Shown here one piece after another: positions 1 to 11,900 of a stretch of 64,000 nt of DNA. The translations under genes and the position numbers were made by a program. Below the pieces are notes generated by a model. It was not told where the DNA came from, ran no database searches, and saw nothing but the letters and a program-made list of their open reading frames with translations. Origin of the DNA: Monocercomonoides exilis PA203 (Eukaryota > Protista > Preaxostyla); assembly GCA_001643675.2 (NCBI GenBank), contig LSRY02000058.1:434001-498000 (forward strand). Reading direction: 5' to 3'. Every line of letters begins with the position of its first letter. The stretch's first letter is position 1.

Positions 1-411
1 AGGAACGAGCAAATGGGCACAGCAGTTGCGTGGAAAAGGTGAGAGAGAGAAGAGAGAGAAGAGAGAGAGAAGAGAGAGCCGCGCTTAACCATACGACAGA
101 GAAATAGAAGTGACGGTCAGGCTCCAGCGAAATGACTATACGACAAGAAACCGCAGCTCTTTGCGAGATGAGATCAGAGACGGAAGTGCAGAAACAGAAC
201 GTGAATATCGGATATGTAATGAGTCTGTCAGATCAAGAGAAGGAAAGAGAACGGGAGAACACAGGGGATCTCATGACAGAGATATCAAGAGAAGATACAC
301 AACACAAAAAGAACAGAAGAAGACTCATTACATCTCCTCTCGACAGAACAGAAGAGCAATCGGAGATTCGAGAAGGAGAAATGGAGGGGAGTCTCGAGAG
401 CTTCTTCAACT

Positions 412-2460
412 ATGATAGAGTCCCCAATTGGGAGCGCCCTGGAGGCGAGCTCGAAGACAGCTATTGCAGATATTCTCGAAGAAGAAGGGAATACACAGAC
501 GCAACTTGGCCACAAGACACCAGATGTGAAGGGGAGTATAGCGAAGGGACCACTGAGGGAGCCACTTCCTGGGAGACTGGTGAACGGGCTGAGCTAGTGG
601 TAGAAGATTGGGGGAGACAAACCAGTGAGCCGTGGTATTAGAGCTCGATGGAAAAGTCCCCAGTCCCCAACCTCGCTTGAGGAGAGAAAACACAGACAAG
701 AGTTTCGAGGGACGACAGAAATGACGAACAATTATTTATCCCTCTTGGAGGAGGAATTGAGGGACGGAGTAATGAAGCCCGTGCCAGAGTCGGAGGTAAA
801 GTGGTTCAACCCGACATTTATGGTGCGAAATAAGAACGGAAAGAGAAGAAAGATCCTGGATTGCAGGGCTCTAAACGAGGAAGTGCAGGGAAAACACTTC
901 AAGATGGATTCACAGGAGATAGTGGTGGACATCCTGGAGAAGAACGATTGGATGACCACTCTGCATATATCGAGTGCATACCAGTACGTCAAAGTGGACG
1001 AACAACTCAGCCCCTATCTGTGCTTCAGCTTTCAGGATCAATGTTACTCTTTCGTAGGGATGCTTTTTAAAACGAAAGATGCGCCCAGAATATTTACAAA
1101 AATAATGAGACGGGCGACGTCATATATCAGAGAAAAGTGGAGAGTGAAGCTAGTGATATACTTGGACTACATTCTCCTCATGCATCCAGACAGGGAAGTT
1201 TTGAGATTGATCTCACAGGAGATAGCCCAGTTCCTGAGGAATCTGGGCTGGATTCTGTCGGAGGAAAAACTGAAGTTGGAACCCGCAAGGAGCGTGGAGT
1301 TTCTGGGATGGTTGTGGAACTCAGAAAAGATGGAAGTGGCGCTCCAAGAAAGGAAGAGAGTGCTGCTCCTGGAGGATGTGCGAACCTGGATAGCACATGC
1401 AAAGAAAACGAAGAGTCAGAGAACAAGAGACTTAGCAGCACTTCTCGGGAGGCTGAATTTTGTGAGGCTGCAGCACCCACCAGCGAGCCTGTTATTGAAG
1501 CGCATGTAATTCGTGCTGAGGCAGGTAATAGCCTGCGGGGGCTGGAACGGAACTGTAAAAGTCAACACTATGATGCTGGGAGAAATAACACATTGGAAAA
1601 AGATTCTGCCAGAGAACAGACCAAGGTGTCTGAAGAGAAGGATGAGACTAGTAGAACTTGCAACGGATACGTCAGAGCTGGGTTGGGGTGCAGTGTTAAC
1701 AGAACCGAGAGAGAACAAAGATGAGAAAATATATGTCCACGGAAGTTGGACCCTCCAGGAGAATGCGTTAGCGATAAACGAGAAGGAATACAGAGCAGTG
1801 TTGAGTACACAAGAGAGAAAGGGAGCATAGCTGCAACAACAGAAGATAGACCATATTCGTCTGAAGACAGACAATATGTCCACGAGATGGACAATACAGA
1901 AGAAGAGGTGAGCTCCATCGCTCATTCCAACACTGAGAGCATTAGAGAAGAAACTGAACAGCCTGGACATTACAACACAGACGGAACATCTCACGGGAGA
2001 GCAGAACACGGAAGCAGATGCACTCAGCCGGATGGCGAAAAGGCCGGATTATGCACTGAAGGGGGAGAAAGTCGCAGAGATATTTCAAACAATAGCACCG
2101 AGAATACCAGATCAATTTTAGAACAGATTGTGCCGGTGCCCTGCGGAAGTACTTGGAAATGATCCTCTCTGAGAAGGAAGAGAGAGAGAGAAACATGCCA
2201 GGAGACGAGATAGTGTTAGTCCACCCGTTCCTAAGAAGCATTGGACGGGTACTGAAAGAGAAAATGAAGGAAGCTCAGAGGGAACAAACGATTCTGGTTC
2301 TTCCAGCCAGGCGGGGGCAGACCTGGACCCCGCTCCTGCAGCCTGCGCATTTGATAAGGACCCTGGTGACCTTTCAGGAATGAATGAAACCAGGAGCCAG
2401 AATGAAAAGTGAAGGCTGGAAATAACCCCCAGGAGAGGTGATATGCGTCACACTGGAGAA
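412..2460 (+). pseudogene. DIRS pol (reverse transcriptase, RNase H, methyltransferase-like domain) with in-frame stops and a frameshift
   Basis: ORFs at 412, 625 and 1513 share a frame. RT motifs: KWFNPTFMV, RKILDCRALN, ISSAY, APRIFTKIM, YLDY (from YLDD), FLGW. RNase H motifs: TDTSELGWGA, INEKE, KTDN, EHLTGEQNTEADALSR. MT-like segment: VHPF...ILVLPARRGQTWTPLL. Stops at 595, 601, 1507 and 1828. End approximate. Confidence 0.88.
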
Positions 2461-2654
2461 GAAAATATCCAAGGAAGGGACCTCTTCCCAACATGGGGAG
2501 AATACGTTGGAGCAAGAGATATAGCAACAGCAAGACTTAGAAATCAAAAGAGTGAAAGAGATAATTAGAGAGCGCTACAAAGATTTAAGCAGTATCTTGA
2601 TAGAGAGAGCATGGGTGACACTGACCCCTCACAACCAGAGATGTTAAAAAAATT

Positions 2655-3354
2655 ATGGCAGAATTTACCGAATCGCTTTCAAACACCAACCTGTCTAGAG
2701 GAGTAATTTATTTGACAGTACGGAAAGTCCTGGATTCCATTTTCCTATTTAGGGAGACCAAGATTGATCGAAAGTACATTGAAATATTTCTAAGAACCTA
2801 TGTTGGAGAGAAGCCGAGAAGAGGCAAACGATTCAAATCAATGAAGGACTTGACAATCATTACGAAATTGGCTGAAATCACCTACGACGCAAAAGATATA
2901 CGAACACTCCATAGGAGAGCTTTCATCCTCACCATGATTTTTGGAGCGTTAAGGCCAGGAGAGCTGGAAACAATGGGAAGGGTGACAACGATACTTGAAG
3001 ATAACTTTATCCAGACACAAGAACGAACGAATACGTTGGGAGGTGAGGTTATCAAAGTTTTAATAAAGAAACACCACAATCCAAGTATCGATGCAGTAGA
3101 GGCGCTCCAACGTTGGTTGGAATTTAACAAAGACAACGTTCAAGGATGAACATGTGTGGTTTGACATAGAAGGGAGCAAGCCTGCAAACTTGCAGAAGAT
3201 CAAAGAAGAACTAACGGCTATTTTGAGAGAGAACGAAATTCCCGATACTTTCACCGCGTACTCTATAAGACACAAAGTGATTACACACTTAGCAAGACAA
3301 GAAGGAGCGGACTGGAAGGAAATCAATGAATATGCGAGATGTGTGCTAGAGTGA
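2655..3354 (+). pseudogene. DIRS tyrosine recombinase, frameshifted
   Basis: IFGALRPGEL (first catalytic Arg), then FTAYSIRH (H-x-x-R box with H changed to Y) and INEYAR in the next frame; frameshift near 3150. Confidence 0.8.
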
Positions 3355-4035
3355 AGAGTAGCCCAGGAATGTCACATCATGTTCCCTGTAGAGGGTGCAA
3401 AGTGGATCCTGGAGACAATCAGTGGACCAGCACATCGGATGGGAGAAGGAAACAAGCGGAGAAGAATGGAGAAGCGAAGGAGGGGAGCCTCGAGATTGCA
3501 GATGTGGATTCGAAAGATTGCACCGAGGAATCACAAAATGCTGGAGTTGAAGAAGGAGAGAAACTAACGAGAAAGCGATCAAAAAGAAGAGAGAGTCTTC
3601 TGAGAGAATGAAGAAAGAAAAGGAAAACGGATCAACCTCGAAACTCAGCATCCCGACAACCGAGCCGCCAGAAGACACCCTCCATAATCCCCAACAGCAT
3701 CTGTGAGCTTACGGGAGAGAAGGATCCAACTCCGCTGAAGAGGAGGGGAAAAGATCGGAAGAGGCGTAGCGGAAGAAGTATTGGACAGATAGGTAATGAC
3801 ACTGAAGAGGCAAGGGCCAGACCGATGTCTCCCCAAAGATACCCCAAGAGGGAGCGGGTGTAGAGCAGGAGGTCCGCACCACTACACGCACGCTCTCAAC
3901 TCATCCAACGCACTAGAGCGTGCTAGGAAAGGGGTTTTAGATCACACATACGGAAAGAAAAGGGATTTCGAGACTCATTATTGAGGAGCAAACCTGCTCC
4001 TTGCGTTTATAGACTCGCTCCATTGCGAATTGATT

Positions 4036-4720
4036 AAAACGCAGTGAGACAGGTTTGCTCCGAGATAATACGAATGCGGATGGAGAGACGATATGCGGAG
4101 TGGTGCGAGGGGGAGCCAGAAGGGTGTGGGGAGATGACTAGAAAAAAGGGCGAGATATAGAAAGAGAGAAAGGAAGAATAAACACACGAAATGATTAGTG
4201 CACGTCTAGGATCTGGAAATATGCAAATAGATTGAATAAACAGTATTAATCAAATGCTTTCTCCTCAACACGATAAAGATTGTTTTTTACACAGAAGAGT
4301 CAGATTGCCTACACAGCGTGTGGTGAGTGGATTTACTCTGCTGGATCAGCAGAAGAGCGGGAGGCAGAGTGTTGCACAAGCAGTTTTCTTTTCCACGCCT
4401 CGCGAAAGAAAGAGTGCTTTTTCTTTCTGCTCCGACCGTAATGCTTGCCTCACAGGATCCCTGCACGGTCAACAGGAGAAAGCTCCGAGGGGCAAAGTCC
4501 CCTGCCCTCTGGTCTTCGCGACCATGGAAAAAGGCGAAGTCGGTGGTGAAGTGAAGCGGGCAATGCATTATTTTATAATACAATGTTTAATGTTATTGTT
4601 TTGTATTTTATCTCACCCTTTTTTCCACGTCATTTTGGAGAGGGTTAAGTTTTCACTCAAACCATCCACACTTTGAATCAATACTCATTTTCTCGGAGCA
4701 AACCTGTCTCACTGTGTTTT
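4036..4720. repeat. 30-bp inverted repeat pair (4036-4065 and 4691-4720): DIRS internal complementary region and right terminus
   Basis: AAAACGCAGTGAGACAGGTTTGCTCCGAGA versus the reverse complement of TCTCGGAGCAAACCTGTCTCACTGTGTTTT, one mismatch. Confidence 0.85.
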
Positions 4721-4937
4721 TATAAAATATAATTTTGATATTAATTGGTATTTTTTCGTTATCAATAAATATGCAAGCAGATGCTCATTGAAACAAAACC
4801 TGTTCATTTTCTGTCAACAGACTTGAACCAAGCATTCTTTAAATTTGAAAAATGGGCATTTTTTTCCATAAATAATAAAAAACGCCAAAATATTCTGAAG
4901 TGGATTCTGAAAATATGATATTCAATAACAAAATATC

Positions 4938-4938
<1 letters not shown>

Positions 4939-4997
<59 letters not shown>
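4939..4997. repeat. poly(T) tract, about 59 nt
   Basis: Directly visible homopolymer. Confidence 0.95.
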
Positions 4998-4998
<1 letters not shown>

Positions 4999-5982
4999 AT
5001 AGAGTTAGAATTACAAACCGAAATGAGAAATGAGAAGGAAAAAGAGAAATGAACCAAAAGAAAATGTAAAAGGAAATAATGAGATTATTTCTTTATTTGG
5101 TTGAACAGATTTTTGAAGAGGTGAAAAAAACACATCGAATGAATACGATCCATTCGCATTCTTCGATGTCATCAGAAAAGAGAGAGAAAACAGGGTGACG
5201 CATCTGTGAAGAAGTAGGAGTCAATGTTTGCTTGCGTGAGTGTGACTTTCAGCGATATTTGCTTTTCTTTTTGCAACATGTACATGAAATAGTAGAAAAT
5301 AATTAGAGAAAATGAAAGAATTATAATGAAGCTATAAAGTCATTTAATTCAAGGACGTTTGTGAAGTGAAAAACATAAAAATTTTGTGTCCGCTTTCAAG
5401 CTCAGTGTACAATTAAAGTAATTCTAGTCAGGTGTGAGAGTGAAAATGTAACTTTCCATTTAATTGAAAAATTCAAAACAACGAAATCCATTGAAATAAA
5501 CAGGGAAAAAAAGAAACAATAATATTAACTTAAAAATTTTACAATTGAATAATTAACATATCATGTGAAATGATTTCTTTTATCCTTCCGGTTGGAAAAA
5601 GATAAAAACGAAGAAATTATGGGGGAAAAAATAAAATAAAATAATTGAATCGAAAAATGAATATAAAAGCTTCGTGAAATAGTAGGCACAATAGCAATGG
5701 CAGCAATAGGCGAGTTTTCAGAATGGAAAGGCAATTCCAATCCTTCTCTTTTGAGAAAATACAACAAGAACTTTAATTGGAGGGTCTTTCATTTCGTTAA
5801 TGAACTGATTTTCAAGGAACAAAACCGTTCCATCAGAGTTTCCATCAGTCGAGGTATGGCATCGAAAGCACTTTTAGAATATTACTCTTTATGACTTCTG
5901 AGCTTCATTCTTCCCTCCCTCACATACTCCTTTGTTTTCTGAAGCAAGCACAACCATATTATCTGTCTTGATCAACATCCTT

Positions 5983-8900
5983 CTATCCAGCATCAAGCAA
6001 TCCCATTTCAATTACATTCTGTGCAAATTCTGATTTTTCTTCTCTTTTCCTATTTTTCTTTTTCTTTTTCTTCCTTCTTTTTTGCTTAACCATTTCTCCA
6101 TTTGAATTTTCTTTTTGATCACGGCATCCATCAATATCCATCAGTTTCACTTCCCCTTCAAACCCTTCACATTCTTTCATCAATTCTTCTCCTTCAATTT
6201 CTTTTATCTTCCCTCTTGCTTCTATCACTTCTCCGATTTCCATTATTGCTCTTTCCTCCTCTTCCCCATCTTCATTTTTCAAATCTTCCTTCAATACTTT
6301 AATCTTTTCTTCCAATAACTTGTCTGCACTCTTCTCCTCTGAATTGTCTCCATAGATTGAAAAATGGCTATTTGGTGCAGAAGATAATCCAATATAATAT
6401 TCTATTGGCCTTTCATTTCTTCCATTATCAACAGTATCACTGCTCAATTCCTCCAATTTATTGAATCTCTCAAGTCCAACTATCGTCTCTTCCATCACAT
6501 CTCCACTTTTATCAATCTCTTCTGTTTGTTTTGGTTTCTTTCCCTTTTTTCGTTTCAGTTTTTTCGCTTTTCTACCCATTTCCTGTACCCAATTTTCATT
6601 TCCACTAACGTCAGTCTTTATGCATTTATTCTCTTCACAGACTTGAAACGATGCTACTGTCTGCATTTCCACACAGTTCACTGGTACCATCCTCATCACT
6701 TCCTCACAATCAAATGTATTTTCAGCAATTACTTTGTTCTCGCACAGCTGAAACTCCTTAACCTTCTCTGTAATTGCATCCATCTCATTTCTTGATTCTT
6801 CCATCAACAATGTTCTCAGTTCCTCTTCTTCAACTCTTTGAACAAAATCTTCTTTTCTGCATTCAGTAATTTTAACATTCTTTATAATATCAATATCTCT
6901 ATCTTCAATCTCCCTTCCATTTCTATTATGCTTCTTCTGCTTAAGCCCAACAATTAAAATAATTACAAATAACAGAATCGCAACAGCAATCACGCAACAA
7001 ATGAAGGCAATTAAACTCCATTCAATTTTGTTGACTTTCTCAGATATTTTTTCATCTTCCTTTCGTTTTGGCTCGCTTCTGTTCTTCAGAATAAACGACT
7101 GTGTTGATAATGGAGCATCAGCATTCCCAAACAGAATGCACACTCTCACTTCTGCTTCCTCTCCTGCCTCACTTATTGTCTCCTTTTGTACCCTCCCCTT
7201 TGCTTCTGTCTCCGAAGCAAATCCACTTTCATCAAACACAAACTTTTCAATCTGCTTTTCTTCTCCTATCTGTTTCATAGCCATAAATGACAGGTTGCAC
7301 GGGAGAAGGAGCTTCCCTTTGAACGCAATCTCCACTTCTTCTTCCACTTCCTTTGCTTCAACACTCTCCAATTCTGGAATGAAGAATGAAGACGCCCTCT
7401 CAGAAATAATCCCTTCAAATAGACATTTATCATTCAATATCCACATCGATGAGTTATCTTTCACTCCATCTCCTCCTTTCAAACTAGAAATCATCAGTGA
7501 AGCAGAAACAGAGCAGATTATGTTTCTACAAAGAGAAGGATATTTTGCAATTAAAGGATTATTGTTCTCAAATCTTCCATCTTTGATATTCATTGTACCT
7601 CCATTCACTGTCATCCCTCCCTTTGAGGAGTTGCAGATTGTTGTATCTTTCATCATCACAGAACTCTTCGAGAAGTCAACAACTGACCCATTCCATTTGC
7701 ACACCTCATCAGAAATCTCATTCTCTTCTGCTCCTGAAACAAGATTTCCTTCAAACACACACGATTCCATCAATATCTTCTCTGCAGATGTAATTGACAC
7801 TTGGCTCCCCTTTGATGACTCTGATGAGCACTCATGAAAAGAGCAGTTGCACATCTCAAATCCACTCATCGGATGACTTGTGCAAACAATGCAAGACCCA
7901 TCACTCGATCGGCTGATGTTTGTGAATGATGATAATGTCAAAGATAAAACGAGTGAAGAATGGCCATAATCAAATATCAGACTCTCTTCTTCCAACCAAA
8001 TACTTGTGGCTGCAAGCTTCGAAATGCTCACTTTCTCACTCTTTCCACATTCAATCAATGAACTCTTGCATTCTACATCATCCACTCCCACATCTTCAAA
8101 TGTTGCTTTTTTTGAGTGCAATATCTGAAACACAGGCTTCGAGAATTTCAAGTGGCCAACACTGCACTTTTCTGCCTCAAACAACCCTTCTTCAACAACA
8201 ATCAGAGAAAAGTCAAAAAGGGTCTGTGAATTCTCCATTGATCTGCTCTCCGATTGAAATGAAACAGATTCCAGAATGAGAGATCCATTCAGCTGATGTA
8301 TCAAGCACGAGCAGACAATATTTTCCATTTCATCGAAAACAAATGACACCTTCTCAAGTCGAACAGACTCTAAAGTTGTCACAGCTCCTTCATCAGCTAA
8401 ATTAATTTCATTCACTTTTATCTCTGCATTTCTGTTCGCTTCCATCGATTTAATGGTCACCTTCTGAGCTGAGCACGAACCAGTTAATGTTGTTTCATTC
8501 CAAATTAACAGCTGCGAATAATCTGAAGGAATGATGTGGCCCACCCCAACATTTAGCGAAGAGCACGGGCTTGTCATTTCCCCACAGTTCTTGTTGTCAC
8601 TACTGTTCCCTGCAATCGAAGACACAAATATAAATTCGCTCCTAAAAACAAGCATTTTTTGCAAAAGATCCTCCTCGTCTCCATAATTGTCTGCTGTGCA
8701 CCCCCATATTGCAAGCTCCTTCACAAATGGCTCCCCAAAATCAATCAGGAATTGTTGCTCTGAAATTTGGGTTTCAAGATTGGTGCATTTCACAAAAACG
8801 TCTCTTCCCTTAAGTGCAACATTCCATTTGAATGTGATGTTCGATAGCACAAATGGTAGTGCTTTCTGTGCTGTGCTCAGTGACTTCAAAAACATACCCC

Positions 8901-11900
8901 CTCCTCTTCCAACATTTGTACTAAAACAGCCTGCAATTTTCGTGCAATTCATTTCCAACCGTCCGCCTTTGTTTAGCAGGAAAAATATACTCCCTCCTTC
9001 GTTCGAGCTTGTCGATCCGCAACCATCAATGATAGAATTTTCCATTTTCAATCTCATTTCATTCTGCACATTGCAGCAAAGCAACGAAGGGGTATTTGCC
9101 ACATTGTGCTTCACATTCATGAATCTGCATTGCTCAAACAAAAAGTTCCATGCCTCTCCCATATCGTCATCCTCTCTTCCGGAAATCACACTTTCACTCA
9201 TCGCAATTGCACTTTTCCCGCTCAATGAAATATCTTCAAATGTCACATTGTTCATGGTTGTCACACAATCAGCTGATATGCTCATTATCTCATGCATCGT
9301 TGAGAATCCAGCTATTTCTGTCTTTTCAATAGAAACAATTCCTTTCGAAGCACTGATCAGAACAAATGACACCTCATCTTTCACATTTTCATTTGTGTAA
9401 ATTGAGCATCCGATAACACTCGTTTTGACTGCATCTGAACCTGTCTGGATAAGGATGTTTGCTCCATTCTCAAAGTCACTGGGAATCAGAATCCCCAATT
9501 CACTGAACTGAACAGCCCCTTTGCATTCAACAACAACATCTCCATCCCCTTCAAGTGCTTGAGCAAATCTGATTTTGTCTGATTCCATATTTGTTCCTTC
9601 CAATTTCAGCCCATTCATCTCTGTCACACTCCTCGCATTGCAAACCCCGTGAAACATCATCGACTCAAGTGTTATATTGCTCCCTCGATTCAGCCCATAA
9701 TCAACAGATTCACACGGAAACTCATATAGTCCACATACAACAACATCATTTCCTTCTTCTGCTACATGCACACTCGAACCAATCGATTTCCAGAAATAGA
9801 CCAGTGGGATTGCACATTCCCTGTTTTCTCCATCATATCCCCTCATCGAGTCTTCGGTCAATGCCTCCAGTCTATCTTTCACAAATGGCAGTGTTTCGTT
9901 CTTGATGCTCTTAATAAGCGATGGAGATGAAATAAACAAATCCTTCCCAAACTTCGCATTGTTTGGTTTATCAGATGAAAAAACAGGTGAGGATATCACA
10001 AACGCTTCCTCTTTCTCTTTCAACAACTGCAGCATGATTCCTCCTCCATATCCAACACTTTCCTTTTCATATGGTGCTGCGCAACCATAAAACTCACACT
10101 TGCTCATCAACAGGTTCGTATTTGCAGACGCTTCATAAAAGAATGCCCCTCCTCCAATCTCATTTTCTTCTCCAACAACAGCACATCCTTCAAATGTGCA
10201 GTTATTTATTTCAACTTTGTAATCTCTTCCATCATTATCATTCTCGTTCGAAAAGCCTACGCACCCTCCACTTCCCTTCGAACGAGTGATCGATGAAAAT
10301 GTGCACTCAGACATCTCTTCAATAATCCCCCCGTGACACTCAACAACGCTCCCATCACCAAATGAGATTTCTCCAAAATGGCTGTTCGTCATATTCATAG
10401 AAGGCACGCTCTCTCCATTCCCTTCAACAACAATGAAAAACGATGAATCTCCTTTTTTGATATTTTTTGATCCAAACTCATTCACCTCCACGATCCCTCC
10501 AACAGCCTTCACAAACACTGTCGAAATAGTCTCAGCGCCTCCTTCCATCCCACATCCATTCAGTGTGAGCTTCCCTGAACAGCACTCAAACACACTTTCG
10601 TGAAAGGTCAGCGATTTCTTCAAAGAAAATACAATACCACTCACAGACACACTGACTGAGTTTTCAATCAATCCACTTTGTGTTCCCTCTTTCTGATCAG
10701 AAACATCACATTTCATCTCATTCTTATTTGTTTTGATGATCCATTCATAAGTTGGAAAATTAAATTCTTCCTCAAATGCAAACGATTCGAGAATGGTTAT
10801 ATCTTTTTTCTTCTCTTCAAAATGGTTTGACACAGCCTTCGCAATGGTAGAGCACGGAAACAATTCATACCCACACATCGAAAAGTCGTGACTTGATGAT
10901 CCCCCAACAAAGGCAGACCCTGAAAAGTTATCCCACAGATACACCACCAACGGGATGGCAAATGTCTCATTCAATGTTGATCTCTCAAACCCATTCAGTC
11001 TTGTCAAGTCACTCATATCAACTTCAAATCCAATCGACCTTCTGCTAATCACACTTGAAAGCTCATTCGCATTGATGAAGATTTCTTTCCCCTCTCTGGC
11101 ATCACATCCAGCAAATGACGCTTTCTTCAAAATGAATGAACTCGCGCCATCTTCCAAATGAAGATAAATCCCTCCTCCATATCCGTGCTCTCCATCTGTG
11201 TTTTGTGTTGCCTTGCAACTCGTAAATTGCAACAAACCACTTTCATCATTTGAAAATATTGTTCTTGCTGAGTCAGTATTAGTCATGTTCCCTAAAGTGA
11301 ATGTTGATCCTTCCTTCATCTCAGCCCACAACCCTCCTCCATTTCCTCCTTTGCTCCGGCATCCAGATATCATTCCTCCAACTATTTCCAGAGAACAATC
11401 TCTCCCAAGTGTGCATTCAACTGCTCCTCCATTTCCTTCAATTCTTCTGAAACCACCCATCGTATTGTTTGTGAGCTTTAGCATCTTTACTGAATTTGTT
11501 GAAATCACTCGAATTGATTCGGATGGCAAATCTGTTTGTGAATATGCTTTCGCTGAAAGTGTTGAATCTTTAATCGTTAAAGATGCTCCATTCTCCGCTT
11601 CAAACAAAATGCTATTTGTTGCAGTGCTAATATCCTCAACATTCATGAAGGTGAATGTACCAGCAGCATTGCTTCCATCAAGAAAAATCAATGGGCAATT
11701 TCCAATAAATAGAGACAATACATTCAACGATGAAACAGAAACCTTCCCTGTTGTTGCTGATAAAAACACATAAGATAACGCTGACTGGGAATTTTGAAAA
11801 GCCAGTGAGCAATCTTTAAGCGAAAATAATTGTGAGGAAGAATAGAAGAACGCTTTGTGATTTTGGAGAGCAGAAGGAACAGAGAAAACAAGTGATTTCA

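Larger units (their letters stand above)
1..4720 (+). mobile_element. DIRS-type tyrosine-recombinase retrotransposon, degenerate; 5' part lies outside the window
   Basis: RT, RNase H, MT-like domain and YR occur in DIRS order. 4036-4065 is complementary (29/30) to 4691-4720, the ICR/right-end arrangement of DIRS. Composition drops to AT-rich after 4720. Confidence 0.88.

Noticed and set aside
595-1830. In-frame TAG/TAA in DIRS pol (and TAG at 57793) as evidence for a TAR=Gln genetic code
   Set aside because: Conserved host genes here terminate with TAA (CALR, RPL29, coronin, DCN1) or TAG, and the element also has TGA stops, frameshifts and a mutated YLDD. Ordinary decay explains it.
4254-4676. 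140-aa ORF near the DIRS right end
   Set aside because: Lies in the presumed terminal repeat region and has no protein motif.
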